From NCBI GenBank assembly GCA_012295275.1, contig CM022674.1, positions 10,726,001-10,790,000 on the forward strand: 64,000 nt of DNA. The letters are read 5' to 3'. The DNA comes from Chrysomallon squamiferum (lineage: Eukaryota > Animalia > Mollusca). The notes beneath the pieces were generated by a model. The model saw only the letters and a list, made by a program, of their open reading frames with translations, did not search any database and had not been told where the DNA came from. The position numbers and the translations under genes are program-made. Shown here one piece after another: positions 1 to 13,434 of this stretch; the first letter of the stretch is position 1, and each line of letters begins with the position of its first letter.

Positions 1-792
1 AAGGAGAGAGTATTTTAGGCATGTAAACATTAAAAATGAAAAAAAAAAAAGTAATCCTTATTAATGACATGGAATGATTTATATAATTACTGCTATCATT
101 ACGTCTCTATTACGTCATTTCCCCAAGGCTGTTGTTAATTTATCGTGTCAAAAATCGCGCACTTGGTGTGTCTGATACAAAGAGGACTGTAACCATTCAT
201 TTTATTCATCATGTTTGTCTTTTATTTGCTTTGTTTATTACTACAGTTCTGAATCGAAACGCAAAATATCCTTATTATATATATATATTTTAAAACTAAA
301 GATGTTAACGATGTGTTATAAATTTTTAAACAGGTAAAAAACAAACTAAAGTCGTTATTGGCGGAATACATTTTTTATTACAGCCAGTTGGCTACAATGG
401 TGTTTCTGACATAACATGCACATAAATATAGTCTATGTATTTATTAGTAACTGTTGTCTTTATACATACATATGTGTATGTGTGTATGTATGCTTGCATA
501 ATATAGTTTGAGAAGATTTATAAGTAACTATAAATCTGAAAATTAAAATATTAATCTCTTAACTAATTAATTACATTGAAGGTGAATAGTATTTTGTTAC
601 GATTATATTGTTACATGAATATACTGCATTGGTTGACGGCATGCTCTGAGAATGTTTGAGCTGATAGTTTAATTGGAAAAAAAAAATATGCTGTTAAAGA
701 ACATCACACACATACACAAAAAATAGTGGGAAAAAAGCATGCAATAAAAGATCAATAATAATAATAAATAATAATAATAATAATAATAATAA

Positions 793-1437
793 TACAGTCA
801 AACCTCTTTATAATGCTGTTCGGTACACCGTTATCTCCGATTATCGCCACAAAAAGTTTGAGCACCGGTTTTCAGTACTTAAACACAGGTAAACATACCT
901 CGCTTTACCGCCTTTCTCGTGGTCAGGTAATGTTACAGGTGACAGCCTCTATTTCATACACATAGTTAAATAGATATCAGACGATCTTCTTTGTAATCAT
1001 TATCATCATCAATTAAACCAGTTTTCATTTTGAATCGTATTTTATGCATTTCTATACAGTTAAAACCTTCAGAGGAAATCAGCTGGGTATAACACTACGG
1101 AAAATGCTTTCAGGTTGTAATGTTTGATGTTATTAGCGTGTTGTAAGCGGCTGACCGCTAGTATTTGTACACTGCTAAACACATTTTTTGTTTTCTTAAA
1201 ATCGTTCGTTAATGATTACCAATTTATCAAACGATCAAAATAAAGGGTTCCATAACTCGGCATACTTTTGTTATTCCATCAGATTACTGGGCAAGCTCTG
1301 GAGTGTTTAGTGGTCAGAACTGAGGTTTGGCACATATAGTAATCTGAATTACAAACAAAGTAGTTCTACCATTAAATTAGTTATAATCTCAAATCGGTTG
1401 AACAGTAGTATGTGGTTTATTAAAAGGTTTGATTGCA
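793..1437. mobile_element. Degenerate Tc1/mariner-pogo-type MITE (about 640 bp)
   Basis: TA+CAGTCAAACCTCTTTATAA (793-813) matches the reverse complement of 1417-1437 at 17/21 positions; TA-CAGT termini are typical of pogo/Tigger-like elements. Confidence 0.5.
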
Positions 1438-1867
1438 CTGAGCTTTAAATTTTACTGCATTAAAATTACTGCGACAGGATTTTGAAGATATTTTTCTCGG
1501 TTTAATATGTTTCCAAATAAACTTTACTGTTGTTTTGTTTTACTAATTTTTATTTATTTAGTTTTGTTTTATTTTATTTTATTTCTTAAATAATTAATTT
1601 ATTTAAATGTGCTGCCTGTATTTGTGTATGCGTTTACGTTTGTATGTGTGTGTGTACTATTTCAGTGATCTATATTCTAACCAACGAATTTTTAAAAATA
1701 AGTAAATTTAAAAATAATGTTCTGCTCTCCAAATCGTTCGGATCTGATTTTGAAACGAGTAAGGTGTGAAATGAGATGCTAATTGTTTGTTTCTATGCTA
1801 AAGTGCAAACAGTTGTGAAAATTTTACGTTTTCTTTATAAACACTAAAAACAACACCCGAAATTTAC

Positions 1868-1946
1868 CAAAGTTTCCAACGTCTTCGATTGTTCCTGACA
1901 GTTCTTCTAGTTTCCGCTTTATTTCAGACGAGACCTCTTCTTCCAT
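1868..1946 (-). CDS. Candidate coding exon of an unidentified minus-strand gene continuing off the left edge (MEEEVSSEIKRKLEELSGTIEDVGNF)
   Basis: ATG in good context (agtATGG), protein-like composition, ends at donor TTG|GTAAAT; no family recognised. Confidence 0.35.
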
Positions 1947-2631
1947 ACTGGTTTTGAAATATTTCGAATAATTTCTAGTTACAGATTTCAATTTAAGTGT
2001 TAATTAAAAATCATTTACATGCCTGTTTTATAATCAATCAACTATTAATATTATGTAAAAAAATGTATTATTATTAAGGTTTATTAAAATTTAATATTTG
2101 TACTCTTTTCTTTTTCCTATTTTTATTTTAAAAGTCAGTAAAAATGAAATTATTAAAAAGAAACTATAAATTTTCTACATAACGTTTTAACTATTTCGAA
2201 GTTATGCTTAAAAAACATTCTTTCTGAAATATTTATACGCTGGGACCTTTCACACATACACGAACTGATATGAGCAAACATAAGATGTATATGACAGCTA
2301 TTTTGAAAAATCCAAATCTGCCATTTAGATCTTTGTATCCTGTGTTTGTCGACAATTTTCAGCTTGTGAGCGTTCGTGCGGTACGCTGTTAGTGGAAGAT
2401 TCATGTCATTGCCTAACACAGGAATAACAAAACGACTTTTCATCATCGTTTGTTTGGAAAATACCAGTTACAGCTGCTCTGTGTTTTGTAGTGGTGGACA
2501 GTAGCAGCTCAAGGTGTCTGTCAGGGCTTGTTTCAAAGTGCTCGCCTTTCCAGAGACTATAAAGGAACGAGAGAAATGAATAATGAAGGTGTTATGTATA
2601 TAATAGCATTCCTTCTGTATGTACGTACTTG

Positions 2632-2670
<39 letters not shown>

Positions 2671-2809
2671 GTATGTGTAAGTATGTGAGTATATATATAT
2701 ATGTGTGTGTGTGTGTGAATATGTGAATATGTATGTGTGTGTCTATATTTTATATATAATTATATATATATATATATGTATGTATGTGTGTTTGTGTGTG
2801 TTTGGGTTT

Positions 2810-3053
<244 letters not shown>

Positions 3054-3877
3054 AACACAGACTGAGAAGACAATAGTATAACAAATTATTTAACAGATGT
3101 CTAATAGGTATGGTTATTAATACAATAATCCAGATAATAAACCTGAGTGATTTACATCGTTCTTTTATTATTTTCTTTCGTTTAACTATGTATTAATTTA
3201 AAAAATGTCTTTTTTTCTGTTATAATATAAATAAATATTAAACAAATAAATAAATGATTATATAAGAATTAAAATATCGCTTATAATATTTAAGTTAAAT
3301 AAACCAACCAACCAATCAATCAAGCAAACAAACAAATACACAAATAAAAATAAATACAATTATCAATAACAATGTAATATAAAATTATGAATAAGTAATT
3401 AATCATGAAATAAGCTAAGGATTGAATATAATAAAAATATCATTTACAGAATAAAATAAAATAAACAAATACATAAATTATTAAATATAATAAAGAGACA
3501 ATTTTGTAATTACTCTGATTATATTTATCAAATGTATTTTGACAGATTGAATATTATAATATTACTGTGCTCGTGAAGTTGCACCACTGTCACTATTTTT
3601 CTTTTTTCTTTCTTTCTTCTTCTTAATTGTTATTTTCGGCAAAAGTTTGAACGAGTAATCTATTTCAGTATTGTGATAACATTTCAGCTAACACCGATCG
3701 CCGAAAGAATGAAGATACAAGGGAAACAACTACATATATCAATTACACTTAAGATCCCAAGAGTTATTTAACTTTGTACATTTTAAATACAATGTAATTT
3801 AAAGTGTATTTCGAAATTTAAAATTGGTTATTAGACTGATCTATCTATAACATGAATATGTGTGTGTGTTTATACAT

Positions 3878-3914
<37 letters not shown>

Positions 3915-4135
3915 TTTGTGTGCAGATGTTAAGTTTGTGTATGTGTGTTTTTTGCGTGCATGCGCGCCTGTTACAACTGCAATAATAGTGACGGACACGG
4001 TCAGCTTTGTTTTCTGTCAGTGTAAAAATTTCTTGACAAAACGTTTCGCCAAAATACTCGAAATAATAGGCTAATTAAAACTTGCATTACATGCAAAGCA
4101 CACATATAGAGATATAATTATACTTAATGTATGCA

Positions 4136-4181
<46 letters not shown>

Positions 4182-4281
4182 CAAACATACACACGCCAAA
4201 ACGGATAAACTATTATCCAAAGGTAAGTTCGTGTGATAGTGTCCACACAGATCCGCTCCACAATTTATGTCTATTTTAAAA

Positions 4282-4325
<44 letters not shown>

Positions 4326-5694
4326 CTGTTTCCATATTTCTTTCCTACTGTTGTAATAGCTATTTGTTGTTAAAATGTATTTATTTGTTTGTTTATTATC
4401 TTTCTATTTTTGACTATATGAATGCCTAACATATGACTGAACCACTGTTCATGCACAGAAGTATGTACCACATGATAAATAATGCAGGTCCTGTCACGTG
4501 ATTCGAAGATTGAACGATTGTGCCGCGGAATGTCGACCAGTTTAACGGGAGAAATTATGTATAGCTAGCCATAAATAGTGTTCATTGAAAGGTCAGGATC
4601 GGTGAAATGAACAGGCACAGGCAGACGCTTACCTCTTCAAATCAAAACGACAAATCCGTTTATTCAGTATCGATTTGTTTTTTGTGTGAGTTCTGCTTAC
4701 TACGATAGAAGTAGTTGTTTTCGTGTAGAGCGTGATTCTGTATTAATAATAATCTTTGGAATAATAATAATAATAATAAATAAATAAATAAACTGTTTAA
4801 ATCAAAGCGGGCGAAAAGGATCGTTTGTGTATATATGAATATAAAAGCAGTTTAGTTTATGCGCTCTACGTGTATTATGTATGCTCGAGTTAGTCTGTAA
4901 TTCACATCAGCTCTCTTCCGGATCATCACTGAAATCATAAATTAATATATATTATACCTGCATGAATTAACAAAAAAACAACAAAAAAAAAAAAAATGCG
5001 CCATATCAAAAATGTATCAAAATCTGTTCAACCTGTAACCTTTTTTGTTGGAAAATGTTGAACCTGCCCTGCGGAGGGTTTGAGCCTGTGACCTGCACAG
5101 CAACGCCCAAAGGCTCGGGGATGCAGTACAAGTGATAATAATACCGACAAGCGCGTTGCCGACAGATCATTTCTATTTCTGTAGCTAGGCCAGCTCGGAA
5201 CGCGGCGAGGTGACCATAACTGATAGTGACGATGATAGCCGATGAATCACGACTGAAAACCGATACAGACGTAAAAAAAGAGGAACATTAGCTTTCATGA
5301 CACGTCATCGGTGTCGGGTGTCGGAAACAAGGAAGTATTTTTGAAAGAAAGAAAGAAAGAAAAAAAAAAAAAAATAAAATAATAATAGAATAATAAATAG
5401 AATAAAATAATGTAACTGTTTGTATGTGTGAGGGTGAGGGTGAGCGTGCGCGTGTACTGATTATTATTTTCCTGATGCATATTTGAAATCTAATGGGAAT
5501 TCCGTAGATTCCTATATATAAATATAAATGTGTATTAATAATATTAACAATATGCATGAATATGCACAGACTTTTCTTTGTATGTAGAAAAAACCACGTA
5601 TTTATGTTTACAAATTATTGCGTAATTTATTTTGTATTGCTGTGTTCATTTTGCCATTTCTCTATAGGCTTATGTATTTATGGATAAATGTTTA

Positions 5695-5785
5695 GTTTAT
5701 GTATGTGTGTATATGTATGTGTAGATGTGAGTATATGTATTTTAGTCTATGGTTCAATTGTCAAACGTGAGCTAAGGGATAAAAT

Positions 5786-5861
<76 letters not shown>
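5695..5861 (+). repeat. Dispersed repeat copy 2 ending in a (CT)n tail
   Basis: Same sequence and orientation as 2810-3033. Confidence 0.7.
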
Positions 5862-5865
<4 letters not shown>

Positions 5866-6617
5866 TGCTCTCTTCACTGTTTGTGTTTCTGTTAATTAAA
5901 TAAATGTAACAACAAACAGAAGATAGTTGTCTCTTTTTACTTTATCTTTGTTAAACACTATGATTCAACAGAGGACAGGAATGGAAACTAAAAAACTCAC
6001 CAAACGACATAGTTGTATAGAGCCACGTCACCAATATCATGACTACATCAACGGGGGCGTGGTTAGAAACGTTTCTGTACAAAACGAAAACCGCTACAAA
6101 ACTTCAGTCTGGAAGAAGCGGTCGAAATTACTGTGATTCGATTTTCTTAACACGAAACGATATTTGCTGTGGAAAGTTTCCCGCAATATCTGTTGTGCAA
6201 TTAGAAATGAAGTAAGGTAACTGTCGTGGGTTTAAGAAGACAAGTAGGAATTAAAGAGATTAGTGAAACGACGACACTATTTGAAACCTTGCTTAGTAAC
6301 AGGCGGGTAACGAGAAATAAGAGATTCTTAACTGGAGAAACAGCGATTAAAAACAAGGCCTTTTAAGTAATTTTAGTGGGTTTTTTGTTTATCTCTCTCT
6401 CTCTCTCCATTAACTTATGGGTTCCTATTTTTATGGCTAGACAGGACATGAAAATTCCCAAATTTCGGTAACAACCTTTTAACACAATTACACTTACGAC
6501 TACTCTAAATTTTTAGTGATATTAAAGAACAAAACTGAGTACGAAATTTACCAGCATCAGTCAGTCGACTGGCTCCACCTTTTCGCAAGTTAAAAAAATA
6601 ATGATACACCATCTATT

Positions 6618-6900
6618 TAGTAACCTAACAGTATAACCTCATTAACATAGTAACCTTACAGTATAACCTCATTAACATAGTAACCTAACAGTATAACCTC
6701 ATTAACATAGTAACCTAACAGTATAACTTTATTAACATAGTAACCTAACAGTATATCCTCATTAACATAGTAACCTAACAGTATAACTTCATTAACAGAG
6801 TAACCTAACAATATAACTTCATTAACATAGTAACCTAACAATATAACTTCATTAACATAGTAACCTAACTATATAACTTCATTAACATAGTAACCTAACA
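6618..6900. repeat. Minisatellite, 30-bp unit TAGTAACCTAACAGTATAACYTCATTAACA, about 9.4 copies
   Basis: Directly visible tandem array in register with the 60-nt lines. Confidence 0.95.
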
Positions 6901-7075
6901 ACCTCACGTATCATGAACAAGTTGACGGATTAATCATATAAACAGAGTAACCGTATGAAAGCAGTCGGCAATGTAACAATGCATACACATCAGTTTATCA
7001 GTAAACAAACAACGTAAACTCGTTAACATTAAATCAATCAATTTCCAGCTGTAACTAGTATAACTGTAATTAATA

Positions 7076-8410
7076 AATACAACTGCTATGACTGTCAGTT
7101 TAACTTCACTGACAGTACGTAATGAATACAACTGCTATGACTGTCAGTTTAACTTCACTGACAGTACGTAATGAATGCAACTGCTATGACTGTCAGTTTA
7201 ACTTCACTGACAGTACGTAATGAATGCAACTGCTATGACTGTCAGTTTAACTTCACTGACAGTACGTAATGAATGCAACTGCTATGACTGTCAGTTTAAC
7301 TTCACTGACAGTACGTAATGAAAGCAACTGCTATTACTACCAGTTTGACTTCACTGACAGTAGGTAATGAATACAATTACTATTACTGTCAGTTTAACTT
7401 CAGTGACAGGACTTAATAAATACAACTGCTATGACTGTCAGTTTGACTTCACTGACAGTACGTAATGAATGCAATTGCTATTACTACCAGTTTGACTTCA
7501 CTGACAGTAGGTAATGAATACAATTATTATTACTACCAGTTTAACTTCACTGACAGTACTTAATAAATACAACTGCTATGACTGTCAGTTTGACTTCACT
7601 GACAGTACGTAATGAATGCAATTGCTATTACTACCAGTTTGACTTCACTGACAGTAGGTAATGAATACAATTACTATGACTATCAGTTTGACTTCACTGA
7701 CAGTAGGTAATGAATGCAATTGCTATTACTACCAGTTTGACTTCACTGACAGTAGGTAATGAATACAATTACTATTACTACCAGTTTAACTTCACTGACA
7801 GTACTTAATAAAGTTTAACTTCAATGACAGTACGTTTACTATTACTACCAGTTTGACTTCACTGACAGTAGGTAATGAATACAATTACTATTACTACCAG
7901 TTTGACTTCACTGACAGTACGTAATGAATACAATTGCTATTACTACCAGTTTGACTTCACTGACAGTAGGTAATGAATACAATTGCTATTACTACCAGTT
8001 TGACTTCACTGACAGTAGGTAATGAATACAATTACTATTACTACCAGTTTAACTTCACTGACAGTACTTAATAAATACAACTGCTATGACTGTCAGTTTA
8101 ACTTCAATGACAGTACGTAATGAATACAATTACTATTACTACCAGTTTGACTTCACTGACAGTAGGTAATGAATACAATTTCTATTACTAACAGTTTGAC
8201 TTCACCGACAGTACGTAATGAATAGAATTATTATAACCATCAATTTAACTTCACTGAAGTGATAGTACATAATAAATAGTTGCTGTAACTGCCAGTTTAA
8301 CTTCACTGACAGTGACAGAAAGTAATGAATACAATTGCTATGACTAACAACATTATTGTGACGGTAAGGAATGAATTCAATTGTTGACAAGCGGATTTAA
8401 CTTCACTGAC
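7076..8410. repeat. Minisatellite, 49-bp unit AATACAACTGCTATGACTGTCAGTTTAACTTCACTGACAGTACGTAATG, roughly 27 copies, two sub-variants
   Basis: Directly visible tandem array, degenerating toward the right end. Confidence 0.95.
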
Positions 8411-8981
8411 CCGAACAAACGATATAACCCTTTAGTAACTATTTTTATCTGATATAAAAGTCTCAAAACGTGTTTATGAGAATGATGACTTGGGTGGCAG
8501 AGGTTCGAACTCTGACTGATCTGACTGCTGTACATCGGGAAGGCATTTTAACCTGTTAACCGGACGATCTAAATGTCGTAGTCTGCTTCTGGACAGAAAA
8601 TAATTTCTGCTCTTTTTATTTGCCCAGGGCGTAAAATAACCCTGTTTTGTGCAGTGCGACTTGCAGTAGGAAGTTGACGTCGGCGAGATAAAGAGAGTCG
8701 GCGATAACGTGCACTACGTAGTCAACAGCGCTGGCTAAGATAGAAATGATCAAGATCTGAACTGTGACGAGTCTGAACTCGACACTTCCTCCTGTAACAG
8801 TCATTTGCTTTCTATTGAATGATAAATGTAAAAAAGAAAATGGCAATAGAAAAATTATGAAACTGTATTATTTTAAAATGTAAATAAGAGACACAGAAAG
8901 AGAGGAGAAAGATCTAACAAAATATAAATAATTAAAAAATGTACGGATTAATTAGAATATTCACCTTCACCCCCCCCCCCA

Positions 8982-9042
<61 letters not shown>

Positions 9043-9821
9043 AATAAGAATAGAGTACTGGTTTAGCATATCGGCCAGCAAAATGTTAGCAATCACGGTT
9101 TGCATAGCTAATGCACATCATCCTGCAAACACTGGATTTGTATATATTCTGCATACATTCCTGTCGAAACATATTGCTGTCGATCAATACTAATTATATA
9201 TATTTGTTATATTTATCCTGTCGTGCATAGGTTAATGCTGTAACATTTCACTATGTTCTAAGCGTTGATTTTTGTTTCCTATATGTTAAAATATTGCCCA
9301 CATGTCAATGACCGTTCCTGTAATATTAAATTAACGCCTTTGAAAGAATGATATAAGGTGTATTATATACATCTGTAGTGATTGAAAGATCGCGTAACAC
9401 ACACACACACACACACACACACGGATGACTGTGGCAGAAAGCAATTCATTTGAATGTCAGTATTACGGCGAGCATGACAAGTCTACGACGTCATAACATT
9501 AGGAAACATCGATTGTATTAATTTTTCATTACAAATGTATCAGTTTGCAGTCTGCTTCAATGTCGATCGTCTGCCTATTAGGTACTTCCAGATCTACATG
9601 TGTATGCATTTTGTTTTAAATTGTATCTGACTGCCCTATCTTCAGTTTAATTTAAACTAAAGACTAAATAATAATAATAATAATAATAATAATTTAAAAA
9701 ATAAATAAAGTAAAAAAAGTAAATAAAAGGATATATAAAGTACTGAACCCTCCTTTAAGTCTAGTTAAATACTAACAATTATGCTGTAATGCTTACATAA
9801 TTTTTGTAGTTTATTCATCAC

Positions 9822-9858
<37 letters not shown>

Positions 9859-12626
9859 GAGTTTAATTTAAATAATCTGTGTTGACTGTAAATCTATATT
9901 CCAAGATAAAATTTCAAAATAGTCACTGCCTGTGTATTGCTGTTTTTGTTATTTCTGACTTTAAAACATCTGTTACTGACAGATCACATTTGTGTAGGTA
10001 TTTTTAACTGGTATGTAATAGATTCATGGTTGACACCCAACACCTGATACGCTGTACAAAACATTAAATTCTCTAGATAACACAACCAGGTCAGTTACTT
10101 AAGTAGATATGTAAATTAGATTTCTTAGAATTTTTTTACATAGAATATATTTATTGTGATGAAAAAAAATGTATTTAACCTATAGAGACAAAACAGTTTT
10201 ATATGGCATTAACATATGGTTCAGGAAAGGAATTGGGGTTCTTTTTAGGCACTCCTGTGTAAAGCATATACCTGTCTTGATAACCTAGAGGACAGACTGC
10301 CTGAGGGCAAATACACCAGTGGGGGTGTTAAGGATGGACTTGTCACTGAATCTAGCCTTCATTCAGAACTGGGTCATCATTACCTTTGCAGGAAAGTTAA
10401 CTTACAACAGTAACCAGTATTTCCTATGTGTATTATCTGAAAGTATGAATGCTTTGTATGTATGTATGTGTAATACTAATAGATGTACAAATCATAAACT
10501 GTTAACAATACAGATGCAGATAGCAGTGAACATGATGCAAATTGTAAAATAATATTGATATCAAGTCTCGTGTCTGGATTTTATAAAGTATATTTTATGG
10601 TATGGTTGTGTCAAATTCCACCATTCTGTTAGAAAGATTGATTTCAGTTTTCCAAGGTATTAGAATTACTTTCTCAGTCAAAATTGTGCATCACATTTAT
10701 GTATCAATTGCTTCAATATATTATTCAAAGTTTCTTTGGAGGTAATTTCAGCCGCATCTTTATGTGTGCACTTTTAAAAAGTTGTAGAGGATGTTTTGTG
10801 TGTGGCCTTACAAACCCTAACCCACAGTGTTGATTAAGCCTGTCTCCAGGCAATGGCTACAAGTTGTAGTATGCTGGGAACTGACCCTGTGACCTGTCAT
10901 GCCTCAGGCTGGTATTAACTATATGATATGGTCAACTCCTGAATCAGACATAATTATGTGTTAAAAGTAACTATACTGTGAATTTTCTTTTTATGAACAA
11001 GGTTTTCTTTCAGCTCAATGATATTAATGTTCTGCAAACTGTTGTATTTCTATTTGTTACTTCTTCATTCCTAAATATTATAATTATTAACATTCTTATT
11101 GGATATTATTATTTCTTTTCTCATTTTTTGTTATGAAAAGATCTTATTCAATGTTTTGACTACTACGTAAGCAAAAGTTTCATCAAATAAGTAATGACTA
11201 ACAGAATGTTAAAGCCTATGACTAAACAAGTGTTAACATTCCTCTCTTTTTGTACAAGTACAAATTACTGAGAAGAAATCAATACAGCTCTATTGTAAGC
11301 TGCTGGTACCAGTAACAAGTAGGTGTAGCAAATTCCAGAAAGACTGAGCAGCCTGCACCAAACAACAATGTCAAGTTGTTTGAAGAGCTGTGGTTATTGA
11401 TCGAGTCTGTGCATTATTTATAACAATTTCTTCGAGTAAGAACACAAACCAGGCTGAGACAGTAAAATTGACAGTTATTCTGAGACAGTATTTTTAAGAA
11501 AGTAATATGCACTCTTCTGAGGTATCACTTATTTTAGATAGCCAAATGTGGATACAATTCTATAAACAGAAAATAACAAATAATCATGTATTCCTCAATA
11601 CATAAAACAATGCACTCGAATGACATTGTCATTTACATTTTTGTCATCATGTGTACATATTTGCACAGGCAGCAACATCCCAGTTTGTTTACTAGAACCT
11701 TTCTGTCCTAATTAACAATTACACTTGGATATTAATATTGAAATTTCAGAAAACAATAAAAATGTCTAATGTACAAACTATTTCCTTCTGTTTAGGACAA
11801 TAATTGGTGGTGTGTTGTTGTGTTTTTTTGTTATCTTTGTTTGAATTAAATTGACATTTTGTATAAAAATATAAAATAAATAGATTAAGATTCAAACAGT
11901 TAAAAAAGTTGTTCAAAATTTAATAAGCATAGGTATCTTATTAGGCATTCAAACTACAAGTGTAACTGAATATGACAATAGATAATTAGAAAATACAAAG
12001 TTTAATTATGAAAGCATGCCAATTAAGTTGTAATATAAACTAACATCTAGAAACTATGCAGTACTTATCTCAGTGAACATTGAGTTAATCAGTAACTGTT
12101 ACCAGTTAATCTTTGGCCACCTTTATTACAAGTTGTGGTAACACTAGACAAACTAACAAATAATGAACAAAATTATCACCCACCAACTGCAGTCACAGGT
12201 TATGCACTTCTTTCACCTTGATAATTAATAATACAAGTATCTATCATGCTAAATGTCAGAACCAGTTGTTGTAATTGATGTGTTCAATAATTGTTTTCTG
12301 ACCTGTACTACATAAAAAAAATCACTCGAGTCTGTTTTATTAAAAGCAAGTTATCATTTTAAAAAGCCAGGTTTACAACAGAACAAAAATAATAAATAAA
12401 ATTGGATGACGGGAGAAGATTATAATTACTTTTAATAACTTTTAAACCAAATTTAAAGTACATATATTAAAATTGAATTATAACAATTAAAGTTAATCAT
12501 CTTTCTTTTTTTTCTTTTTTTTAATTTTGATTTTTTTTTTTTTTTTAAATTAGTCAGTACAAAAAAACAAACAAGAAAACTTGGAAGTACATATTAAAAA
12601 GAAAAACTGTGGAGTTATAGGCCAGA

Positions 12627-12632
12627 TTTATT
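12627..12632 (-). terminator. Candidate polyadenylation signal (AATAAA) of the 14-3-3 gene
   Basis: tttatt on + at 12627-12632, about 0.8 kb past the stop codon, followed on the minus strand by T-rich sequence (A-rich on +, 12561-12606). Confidence 0.45.
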
Positions 12633-13434
12633 ATCGTTCAACATATACTGAACACACGACATCTGTGATTTTACAAGCACTACGAATAAAATGGAAATTA
12701 AAAGGTGGGCACTTGAATGTGTAAAAAAACAAAAACAACTGTCAACATGTTCCAATTACCAAGTGACATATGTTTTTCAATAAAAGTACATGGCTATAAT
12801 TCCAACAACTATCCTCACAACTGGTACAAATATTGAAGGTTTACATACACAGAGGGTAAGGAAGGAAAAGAAAAAACATTATGATATGGAAAAAAATTAC
12901 AATCAGATGTCCTAAGCTGGCTTGATGGATTTTTAAAATATTTTGCTTCTTCCAGCGCATTTAATTAAAAGACATGAAACAATAATAGTTACTTCTTTCT
13001 TAATGACAAAATAATCACAATCCCGCAAAGATGCTTTGCGCAATTTTTTTTTTTTTTTTTTTTTTTAACAATCTGAAAATGTTCTTTGATGAAAGCTGCC
13101 TGCACACCCTCAAGCACAAACTGAATAACTGGCTGTTCTTGACTGTAGATCATTTTCAGGAATTTGACAAATTAATTGCATGTCAGATCATCCCATCTTT
13201 ACGAGGAAACTTTCTCATGCATAAAAGGAAGCATATAACTGATAGAATGATAAAAAGAATGGTAATGCCTCCAGAGTCGGCTAGTCCAAGCGCTTTCGTG
13301 GCTAGTTTATAGTACTACAGCGAAAAACATTTCTTTGAGAACTATAATTGAGTCATGTTGTTAAGTTATGTTGAAGTCTGTCACATTAAGTCTGTCCTCC
13401 TTTTTTTTTAACAATTATTAAAAGTTTGTATAAT

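Noticed and set aside
5060-5200. tRNA-like A/B box remnants on the minus strand (also GGTTCGAAC near 8502)
   Set aside because: No consistent cloverleaf or acceptor stem could be built; at most decayed SINE heads.
6618-8410. Regularly spaced, partly palindromic repeats resembling a CRISPR array
   Set aside because: Units are contiguous with no unique spacers, no cas genes are present, and the context is eukaryotic; these are minisatellites.
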